Assembly (NCBI GenBank): GCA_964016885.1 | Contig: OZ024741.1 | Coordinates: 354,330,001-354,394,000, forward strand | Direction of reading: 5' to 3' | Length of the DNA stretch: 64,000 nt | DNA from: Eledone cirrhosa | Taxonomy: Eukaryota | Shown: one piece after another, positions 12,470-64,000 of the stretch | Numbering within the stretch: position 1 is the first letter of the stretch | How the letters are laid out: the number at the start of each line of letters is the position of its first letter | The notes under the pieces: generated by a model | What the model was told of the DNA's origin: nothing | Databases searched by the model: none | What the model saw: the letters and a program-made list of their open reading frames with translations, nothing else | Position numbers and translations under genes: made by a program

Positions 12470-12830
12470 TGCTAACCATTTCACTGAGTGTATTGGGTGC
12501 CTTTTATCATGGCAACAACTCTCCCACTTTACAGAATGTATTGGGTGTGTTTCATCATGGCACCAGCCCTACCACTTTACAGAATATGCTAGATGCATTT
12601 TTGAGGCACTAGCACAACCACTTTACATTGTGTACTGAGTGCATTTTTTCATAGCACCAGCACTTCACAAAGTATACAGGGTACATTTTTCTGTGGTACC
12701 ATAAAATCTTATTACAGAGTGTATTAGGTGCATTTTATCATGACACCAGCTCTTCCACTTCACAGAGTGTACTGGGTGCATTTTATCATGGCACCAGCAC
12801 TACCCTTTTGCAGTGTGTTCTGTGTGCATA
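12470..12830. repeat. Degenerate ~45-50-bp tandem array derived from a SINE body
   Basis: About 7 units like ACCACTTTACAGAGTGTACTGGGTGCATTTTATCATGGCACCAGC; related arrays at 9130-9330, 13600-14005 and 27990-28180. Confidence 0.8.
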
Positions 12831-15800
12831 TTCTGATCATATTACAGTTCATCTGTAAAAATTTGTCTTAGGCAATCTTTTTATTCCTGCCAAATCCCTA
12901 CAGAACACATTTGATAAGATACTCCCATAAACCTTAAATCTAATAATGCTTATTTCCTCACATCATTATGGTAACAAGATACAAGGCATCAACATCACAA
13001 GATATCAAAGTAAACATCCGCTTTTCCATGCTTACATGAGTTGGATGGGATTTTCCCAGCACAGCTTCCCTCCACCATCTCTGTATAGGTCTTCCTTCCA
13101 CTGGAAACTCCTGGCACTTCTTCACCTAATAGTCATCCATATGCATCACATGTTCATACCAGTGCAGTCTTCTCTCTTGCACATTACATTTTATTCCTCT
13201 TATTCAGTTTTCTTTCAACCTGTCAATACTTTGCTGTTCATACATATTAACATCTCACATCCATCGAAGCATATTTACTTTATTTCTCTCCAAAATCAAA
13301 ATCTGATACACTTACATTTGAAAGCATTTAAGATAAAGGAGTCTCAACCTGAATATGACTTGAGTATACTTTCAGAGAGAAAAAAAAAACTGAAACAAAC
13401 AAGATCATTTCATCTTTTTAGCATACACTGAAAAATATTTCATCATCATTATCCTCATCATTGTTTTAACATCTGCTTTCCCTGCTAGCAAGAGTTGGAT
13501 GGGTCCATATAGACCAAGTCAGTACAGAAGCGGAGCCACTGATCTCCCAGGAAGGCCAGGGACAAGTGTCTCACTTATGTATAGTCACATGTTCCATCAA
13601 GTGCTCAGGAGAGGTTGTCATGCCTTTGGCACAACTAGAGGGTCCTCCTAACCCTTTGTTTTGCAATATTTTTATGGCTGGATGTCCTTCCTGTCACCAA
13701 CAACTTTACAGTGTGTACAGGGTGCATTTATTGTGTAAATTACCAACACGAAGGAGGCTGTCATGCCCTTGACATGACTGGAGGGTCCTCCCAATCCTTT
13801 GTCTGGTGAGTTTTCTATGACAGGATGTCCTACCTATCACCAACCACTCTACACTGTGTACTGAGTGTGTTTATTGTGTAAATCACCAACACTAGAAAGG
13901 TTGTTATGCCCATAACATGACTGGAGGGTTCTCCTGACCCTTTGTCTAGTGAGTTTTCAATGGTTGGATGCTTTTCCTATCACCAACCACTTTACAGCGT
14001 GTACTGTTGTATATGTAAAATCTGAAATGTAATAAATACATAGTTGTTTCTTAAATATTCTTATTGTGACAGTGAATATTTTGTACTGAAATAAACACAA
14101 TATACTGCCAAAAATACATACTCACAATCTAGTGTCCAATAGTTCATCAAGCAAATGATTCTTGCTTTTCAATAAATAAATGATGCATTAAGATAGTTTT
14201 CAACCACATATTTTGATATAACGTTTTATTTATTTGCAGAGGTTTGAAAATTTTATTGATTTCCTTCTTCTTTAACACAGAAAATAATTACATACAATAA
14301 GTTTGCTGAATTTCTAGTGAAATTATAATCAATTCAACATAAAATAAACCATATATATTTTCAATAAGTTCTATTGATTAATAGTTAGCTGCAATAAATC
14401 TGACTTGTTTTAAAAATCCAAAGTAAAATCCAACAAATCTGATACAATACTTATTGTTGAATATCTAATATATAAAAAAATTATCTACTACCTGGAAGTT
14501 AAAACACACAAAAATTGGTGGGAGATTTCAGTTTAAAGGAATAACTAAGTTGATAATTTTAAATAAAAAGTATAATAGCTGGTAATAAGCTTTACAGTGA
14601 GTAATAGAATATGAAAATATTTCAAGCTGGTCATGCATATATTTTAGCTATAGTTCTTGTATTGGTTATGTCACAAAGTAAACTAAATTTATCTATCTGC
14701 TTTTATGTATTAGAAATTAAATTAATTAGTAATATCATAATTTAATTTGGAAGAAATAATTGAAAGGAAATAAAAAAAAAATGTTAAAACATTGCATAAC
14801 AGCAAAAATAAAAAAAGCAGCAGTCAGCATTACCAATTATGTATCATTAAGAGAATTAAGGAAATCAATGTTCAAACATTCCTGATAAGTCATTAGAAGA
14901 GAAACTCTTGGAGCAATTTGCAATGTAGAAACAGACTGTAAAGAGAACCAAATAATGAACAAAAGCAAGAGTGAGCCATCTAAATAACAAGACATGAATT
15001 ATAGAAAAATATCCAAGTTTAGGTCAGTAGAGACTATATGTGGCACATTTCTCATCTCTTTTTTTTTTTGATTGATACCCAAGATACAATAGTTTCCATT
15101 TAAAACCTATTGTGTGACCAGCTGTTTGATAATTTTGATAATATATGGTATTTTGTACAGGTTAGTGAATGACCACTGCAATAGTAGATTTGTTAAATTA
15201 AACATATAAACATTTACAAATTGTTCAAATTTATGCAAAGTAAATTAATAGTAAATTATCCAATTTATCAACAACAGAAAATTAATGAAATCATAAACAG
15301 CGCTTTTGATTGACAAGATAAGACAGAATGGTTTGAATTAAGAGAAAAATAAACAAAAAATTTTGAAAAAAATTAGACAGACAAAACTTTAAGACAATAA
15401 TAATTAAAAAGTATATTATCCTTAGGAAAGTTTGTAGAAGAATTTGGTAAGTTAATTTCCCAGAAGATAATTCTTCCGTTTTCACAAAACATTAATCGAC
15501 CAAACTCTTATAAAAACTTTTCTATGGATAATTGTTGCCAACATACACCACCAATTTCCTTACATTCCAGATTTTACCACAATTTATCATCATATTACAA
15601 TATTTTACATCGTAATTTTACCATACTTTATTGCAACCCCTATCATAATTTCTACATCTGCTTTTGCTAATGAGATGGGTCAGAAGAGTCTATTAACTCT
15701 GTAAATATTGAGAAGAAAATATTTTAAAACATATTTATTAATTCAAATGTTTGTAGCATCTTAATTAGTGGACAGATCACTGTGAAAAATTGTAATATTA

Positions 15801-16204
15801 AAGTAGAAACTTTAAATTCTTATGTGACACAGTCATAGTTCTGCTTTGTACATTTCAAGAATGTCATGCTAATGCAGTTTCAGGTGATACAGGACAATAA
15901 GAGTTAAACAAACTCTAAGACATGGCTATATGGAAACTCTTTCCATATAGCCATGTCTTCAGACATTCCTTCCTTTAATCTAAACTGTTTTATTGGCTAA
16001 CTTATTTACCACCATCATCAAAGTTTACTCAGGCCATTAGCAGATATGATATCATCCCAGCTGTTCATTAAGTTCTTAACATTCTTTCCCACTACACAGT
16101 GTTCCAATCTTGATGCCCTTGAAATCCCAGTCGTTTTTAACTAATCTGAATTCAGACCCCTTTTCTTAGTCATACTGTACAGTGAATGAGTCATCTCCCT
16201 CTCT

Positions 16205-16256
<52 letters not shown>

Positions 16257-16717
16257 CACACACATATATAAAAGTTAAACTTAAGTGTGCTTTTAATAAT
16301 ACATCTCTAAAAGAAAGGCTGTTCCCCATACACACACATATATGTATATGTACACACACACACATATATATATATACATACACAGACATAAACACATATC
16401 ATCATCATCATCATCGTTTAACGTCCATCTTCCACGCTTGCATGGGTTTGGAATATGTATCGAGTTAATAAAAAGGAGAACTCAAGACATGAAGTGAGGT
16501 GTAGGAATACTTGTTTCATAGGGAAATGAGTAATTTGTTAAGTTTCTCCATATTCATCATGAACATCATTCTATATTAATCTCCCATGCTGGCATGGGTT
16601 GGATAGGTTGTCACAGCCTGAGGCTAGATAGTCAGTGAACTACATCTTGTTCATACATTCCATTTTTGATATGGTCACTACAGCCAGATGCCCTGTTTAA
16701 TGTCAACAACTTTACAT

Positions 16718-16896
16718 CATATATATGTATACATATACATATACATATATATATATATGTATATCTACATATATATATATATGTGTATGTATATATATAT
16801 ATATACAATGATGATGATGATGATATATATATATATACACACACATACACATATACATATACATTCATGCACACACACACACACACACACAAATAT

Positions 16897-16927
<31 letters not shown>
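16718..16927. repeat. Compound (TA)/(CA)/(GAT) microsatellite
   Basis: Read directly from sequence; similar tract at 16198-16400. Confidence 0.95.
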
Positions 16928-17225
16928 GGTGGCTGCCAACTCGTTTTCGAGTACGGCCACTACTTTATATCTATGTAGGAGAAACCCTACCGATGCGCTG
17001 AACGAGTGTGACTTTTTAGTCCAGCCAGCGACTTGAAAACTCTGGTACAAACACTACACCTGTAACAATTATTGACACATAGTGCTGGGACCATGGTACC
17101 ATGTGACGACAAGTGCAGAGAGATCTCCAGATATAAAGCAATGCCTGTGCCGTGACGCTTTTATAGTGAGCAAAGGCACTGCACAAAGCCAGTCCCACTC
17201 TCTTAACCAAGATGATATTTACCAA
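16925..17225 (-). mobile_element. RTE-type LINE 3' end encoding a terminal C2H2 zinc finger, with (TA)n tail
   Basis: YRCSVCTRVFKSLAGLKSHTRSAHR* (17064 to 16987), then CTCG-AAAA-CGAG hairpin and (TA)n; upstream frame contains stops. Confidence 0.7.
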
Positions 17226-17967
17226 AAAGAAGAACAAGTCAACATCATACAATCACAAATATATATAAACATATACACATATATATAGAGAGATTTAAAC
17301 TTTCAACCAAAGTCATTCTGTATATACCTTTTATAAGCAGAGATTAAGGTTTTAACTCTCAATATATATATATATATTTCAAAACTTCCAATCTTTCCAT
17401 AAAGACTCTTTAAATAACTACATAAATGAACCTAAAAATTTATAAAATGTTATTTATACAAACCACAAACCTTTTTGATATTTACAGAGGTTATATATGA
17501 ACACCGTGAAGTATATTTTATAATTTTCTTCATTCATTTTGTCAATACTTTATTGTTTTTCTTGTTCAGATGTAGAGACATGAGTATGATGTACCTGCAA
17601 ATGGCCTCTTTTGTCTTAAACTGTCTGACAATTTATTTTCTTAGCTCCAATACTGATACACCAGTCAATGCCCATTGTCACTAATCCTAGTTTTCCTCCT
17701 TTGTAAATTTTTTCCTTTTTTCTTTCTTTTGTCTATCTTATTATTTCTTCTCACTCTCAAACATTCCTTTTTATTTCTTCCTTTATTTCTCTGATGAAAG
17801 ACTAACATCGGAAACGCCAAGACTCTTTTTCTATTATATCAATTGTTAAACTAATATATATCATCATATTCGGTGCTTTTTTCTTTGTTGACAATGGTTT
17901 TTTGTTTAAAGATCTTTAGGGCAGTATTAAATTGAAACAGGAGCCCCAAACCTCAAATTTAAATTCA

Positions 17968-18215
17968 ATTAACTCTTTTGATACATAACCACCTAAAATT
18001 GCCCCTGGTTTTATGCTGTTTATTTTAAAGTGTTTATATTATCTAAAAACCTACCATCACAATTTTATGTAAGAACCTTTAAGTTATGTTCAAAACAACA
18101 GCTTAACAATAAGAAAGTTATATTTCTAAATCACTCAAAATTCTTGATTATTTTCAAAATGATTTGGAAATTATAGGCAGTGTTTTTTATTAGAAATATG
18201 GCAATGAAAGGGTTA
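17968..18215 (+). mobile_element. piggyBac-like MITE family A (~250 bp); other copies at ~4887, 5865, 22515, 29020, 31945, 33672, 37446, 42157, 42531 and 44436 (reverse)
   Basis: TTAA-CTCTTTTGATAC ... GAAAGGG-TTAA termini and a shared AT-rich body in more than 10 copies. Confidence 0.75.
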
Positions 18216-19711
18216 ATGTTACTACTTACAGTACACTAACATAGACATGCTGGAATGAGATACATTAAAAACTCACCTTCATTTGATCCACTCCTATAAA
18301 TGTACCTACATTATGTGTAAAAATTTAATAACTGATAGATCCAACATTTTAAACCATAAATATACATATTTAGGTTTTTATGATAAAATGAAATAGAGTG
18401 GGTAGATGTAATTTAATCTAGTTCTATAAAAAATAAACTGCTTCAAATTTTCACCTATTATATACATTTACAATGTGTGTGTGTGTGTGTGTCTGTGTGT
18501 TTTACTGAAATGCCATAATAACAGATATGTGTATATGTTACAGCTGAATGAAAATGGTGTTCATCTTGCCACTAAGAACGGTCTTATGAGTACTGTCACC
18601 TACTTTATCAAACAAGGAAATCAATCAATCGTCCAGTTGACCAATCAATAAATATCATTGTCATTAATAAGTCAATAATTGATTGATTACTGAGTAGTGT
18701 AGAGCTGAAATTCTCCCAAGGTGGGGAAAAACCTGCATTCCTATCCAAGGGAGAGATGCCCTATTAATGCTTTCGAAACTAAGAACTTACCTAACTTTCC
18801 AGAAAGTGTGGTGGATAAATAAATAAAAAATATATAAATCATTATGTCAAAAGAAAGAATATATGTGAAATGAACTAACAATGAGGTTTTCAACACTTCA
18901 TAGTTTGGAAGATTGTCAAAGACTGTGTAATAAGATTAAATAATGAAATTTGAACGAAAAAAAAAGGGAGGCAAAACGAAAGGCACAAATGCATAATTCG
19001 ATTGAATTCAAAGAGAAAGCATAAAATATGCAAAGAAAAATTACAGTCAAACATAAAAATAATTCAATTCACTCACACTATCACAGCAAGTCACTGAAAC
19101 ATATGTTTTTATTTAGGATTTACACCAAGACTGACTAGCAATCAGTGAGAGTATGCTACAAGGTGCATTAGGAAAGTTTTATCAAGTGAACTGCGACTTC
19201 ATCCATCAAGCAAACCAGAGTAATTATGTTTCATATATAAAGCCTAAACTTCACTAACTTCACCCAAATTTCCCATCCCCTTCCACATAACAAGACTTTT
19301 CATGATCTGGTAATTTTTCTGGCTCATTAAGTAATAAAAACAAAAAACAAAGTATTATATAATTTAGGATTATCAAATATTTGATTACAAATAATAGATT
19401 TATATATATATATAAAGATGATATTGATAAATATAATGATTAAAATATATTTTAGTGTTATTAATCAGAAGAAAAACGTTTGTGTCTTAAATTCCTAATA
19501 GGGTTTATAGTTTAATTTCAGTAATATTGACATTGGTATTGGTTTACATATATTTGTCCATGCTAGCATAGGTAAGATGGCTTTGTTGGAACAATTGTTT
19601 TGATAGCTGGATGCCCATTTTACCACTAGCCACTTCTATGTTGAAATAACTAGTGGACAGAGGCCAGCAGAGTTGTGTACCTTGCCAAAGAGTAAATATT
19701 ATTCTAATAGC

Positions 19712-19892
19712 GGTGGATTGGCAGTATTGGTAGAGGGTCGGACGCCATGCTTTCCAGCATAGTTACGTCCCTTTACGATCTGAGTTCAAATCCCGCCGAG
19801 GTTGACTTTGCCTTTCATCCTTACGGGGTCGATAAAATAAAGTACCAGTAATGCACTGGGTAATTGCTGGCCTTGTGCCTAAAGTAGAAACA
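19712..19892 (+). mobile_element. Full-length tRNA-derived SINE with Nin/Deu-like domain and 14-bp TSD
   Basis: B box GAGTTCAAATCC, CTTTCATCCTTACGGGGTCGATAAAATAAAGTACCAG; ATTATTCTAATAGC duplicated at 19698-19711 and 19893-19906. Confidence 0.9.
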
Positions 19893-21386
19893 ATTATTCT
19901 AATAGCTTAACTCTCTACTCATTGTGTGAAATATTTCTATCTAAATAATCAAAGATATATTTATCTTTAGTTTAGACGTTTATTTTTTTTCTTGTACTAG
20001 AAAAAAGTTGTTGATTTTTTTCACCAGTATTTGCTGACTTAAACATGATTTTAAACGAAATATATTAATATATTTCTTAATTAACAAAAACCTACAATGA
20101 ATAAAATTGATGGAGAGTACACAGAAGTAGAAACTAACATGTTTTTCTTAGCTTCATATATATATGCCCATATGTGTGTGTGTACATGCACATGAACATA
20201 TATACATAATGTACATATGCTAAAGATATTCTTGCAATAATTTATAGTTTAGACAAAATTATCCGACTAGTAAGGCAACCAGCTGGTATATAGAAGAATT
20301 AAAATATTGATAACTTATGTGATGAACTGTTTTATTTTTCTGTACAGTCTCAACTGTATCCTTAGTAATGATTTTCAGGTTATTAATAATGCTATTAATA
20401 ATAGTAAATTTTATCCCCATTTTTATGTCTTCTTTTTTCCATGCTGGTATGGCAGATCACCAAAATATATGTACTACATACAGCAGAAACTTAACAGCTA
20501 TACTACAACATATAACGGAAACTTTAGCAATAAAAATGGAGGTAAAGAAAAAATAACCCAGCAATATGGTTGAGGAAATAAAGAAACATTTAGATTTGAA
20601 GAGTTAGTCAACAGAATTTGTTTGGTGAAATTCTCTTCAGATCTTCATACAAAGAAATGGAAATATTCTTATAAGGAACTATTTCAAAATTGCACAACTT
20701 TGATCCATATGCAGAGTTAAATGTTTGAAGCTATACAGTAAATGTGATGTCAAAGTAAAAAAAAACATAAAAACATAAGACAAAACTTTCAATTCTATAT
20801 ATATCACAAAGTTTCTGACATTTCATTTCTGTGAAGCAATAAAGTTTATTTCAAAGAAAGAAGTGGGAACAAACTTCTGAGCAAGTGTAAAGGTGGTAAA
20901 TTAATGAAATGGGTTAAAGACCAGCAGTAACTATTGAGTTTACATACATATTAGCAGTTTGAACAAAAATTTCAGGATCTTTGTGATTAACATCACAGAG
21001 CAGCTACTATCTATTACAACAAAAAAAAGGATTCTTGTTGTGTGATGGGGAGGGCAGGTTGTTAGATATAGATAATTATTAGTACTCATAGATGGCAGAA
21101 CAATATCCTTCAAATATTTTTGCACAGAAATATATATGAATACAGAATTTTCTTTGGAACTTGATTTCATATTTGGTCATTAAAATGTCAATTTATGTAT
21201 ACATATTTTGGGAACATATCTATAGGTAGGTAGATACAAATGTATAATATAGACGTGTGTGTGTATGAGTGCAAATCTCTGTGTCTATACGGCTTTACTT
21301 ATCAACTTGAATTTCTCGGCCTCTACACACAGAGTTGTGCACTCCAGTGAGAGGCTGGTCCAAAAATCAAAAACTTAAAAACAAAG

Positions 21387-62449
<41,063 letters not shown>

Positions 62450-63282
62450 CTACAAAGGAAGTAGGTAGGACAATTTTGAAGAAAAAAAAAATGCACCAGT
62501 AATTATTAAATCTTATTTGAGGGAAATGAGTTACAGGAGCCGCAGCAGTAGCAGTAGATCTATAGTACATATAATATACTGGCATAAGATTAAAACTGTC
62601 AATATTCTTCTTAGTAAATAATAATTTTTACATGAAAAAATATTATAGCTAAAACCAAGAGGAAGTAGGGTGGGAACAACATGCGAATCCAAGTATCACA
62701 TATCAGAAATATGTAATAATTGGATGGATGGGGTGGGAGAGGAAGGAATGATTTTAAAATTTAGACAGGGACATTGAAAACAGCTAAAAGGTAGCAGAAT
62801 TAATCAAATGTCTCCCATTTCTTCTAATAATTAGAAATATATATCTTTTTCTTTTTGTATTTGTTTTTGCAAGAAGATGAAGTTGAAGATTCAGATGATG
62901 ATGATATAAAACTCTTAATATATAAAAATGTAATTATTAAAAAGAATTATCCTGTAAAGAAATGATGAACTTGTTATCAACAGAATGCAATAGAAAAAAA
63001 AAATTGTTAGCAAGCAAAAAAAATTGTTAAATACAGAATAAATATAGTTAGAATCAGGTGCCTTAGAACTTTTGTTTTCAAACTTACATATGAACTTAAA
63101 ACAATATCTCTCTTATTTGTATTGATTTTTCTGATCTCAGTCTTGGTCCAACCCATGTCAACATGAAAAATGGACATTAAATGATAATGATAGTGGTAGT
63201 GATGGAGATGATGATAAGTCTTGATGCAATGTTTTTTTCTTACCTATCTAGTAAATGGATAACACACTTTGTTTCAAAAAAT

Positions 63283-63469
63283 TGTTTCTACATTTGACAC
63301 AGGTCCAGCAATTACCCCAGTACATTACTGTTGTTTTATTTTATCGACCCCATAAGGATGAAAGGCAAAGTTAACCTTGGCAGGATTTGAACTCAGAACG
63401 TAAAGGGCCATAACTCTATGCTGCAAAGCATGGTGTCTGACGCTCTACTGATTCTGCCAATCCACCGCC
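63283..63469 (-). mobile_element. Same SINE family; further copies at ~1980 (-), 2815 (+), 6977 (-), 11545 (-), 31500 (-), 32940 (+), 41100 (-), 53565 (+), 56335 (-), 56575 (+), 60545 (-)
   Basis: Reverse complement of 19712-19892; ACTTTGTTTCAA flanking duplication. Confidence 0.88.
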
Positions 63470-64000
63470 TAACTTTGTTTCAATAATGTCAACACTCAGC
63501 AGAGATTTCAAAATAGTACACCTAGAAGCTGGAAATTAAATTCTCCAAAGATGGTAATTGTCCCAAAAAATCAACTATATATCAATTTGATCTTAATTAA
63601 CACTGATTTAGGAAAACTAACTTTAACATGTTTGTGGCAATAATGACATCTCATCAAAGCAGAAAGCTTTAGATTTAGAGCAGAAGAAGGAATAGATTTT
63701 TAGAGTTCAAACCTTTCCCAAGAGCATTGGTGACATAAGAGAAGTAATATGAAATAAAAGCAAGTCAATGAGTGACATGCCTTCATCATCACTCTCTATA
63801 GGATGAACACAAGTATTGACTTTTTTTTGGGGGGGGGGGGGGGGGGTCACCTAACAGAGGGAGCTTTGGTTTAACTGCAAGCTCTATGTACACAGCAAGG
63901 GTAAATGCATGTTTATGAACATACAAATGTGAACATATTCACAATTTATCCACACACCCAGTAGTGCTGGGCAGTTTATCCTCGTAGCAGATAAGAAATT

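Noticed and set aside
12470-12830. CRISPR-like appearance of repeated ~48-bp units
   Set aside because: Eukaryotic context, units are degenerate and contiguous with no unique spacers, no cas genes; derived from a SINE body
16141-17001. Several ORFs rich in Y/I/H/T/C/V
   Set aside because: Microsatellite translations
19712-19800. tRNA gene
   Set aside because: A/B-box-like head only, no cloverleaf; it is a SINE head with TSD
14220-21386. Extent of the HEATR5 3' UTR and poly(A) site
   Set aside because: Many minus-strand AATAAA candidates (for example ~20846, ~19108, ~14225) in AT-rich DNA; cannot choose without 3'-end data

Overview
AT-rich, repeat-dense animal genomic DNA. The SINE/LINE/MITE repertoire suggests an octopus or other coleoid cephalopod (inference, not searched). 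The main gene is the 3' two-thirds of a HEATR5 (HEATR5B/Laa1-like AP-1 accessory) gene on the minus strand. I traced 24 GT-AG coding exons with consistent phases (3987 nt, 1328 aa plus stop at 21387). These include a 33-nt microexon (YEPNRRRDTDH, 62417-62449) that the ORF track misses, separated from the next exon by a 16.9-kb intron; the 5' exons lie beyond the window. A second minus-strand gene starts near the left end, with a CCAAT-containing, CpG-richer promoter and a 19-codon signal-peptide first exon (2442-2498). The rest is transposon debris: Nin/Deu-domain and CORE-like tRNA SINEs, RTE-tailed SINEs, RTE and CR1 LINE fragments, three TTAA-flanked piggyBac-like MITE families, two Helitrons and microsatellites. 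The most unusual structure is a ~500-bp foldback element (7126-7622) carrying a minimal Penelope-type hammerhead ribozyme motif on each strand. Repeat boundaries were judged by eye and are approximate; exon boundaries were counted base by base.
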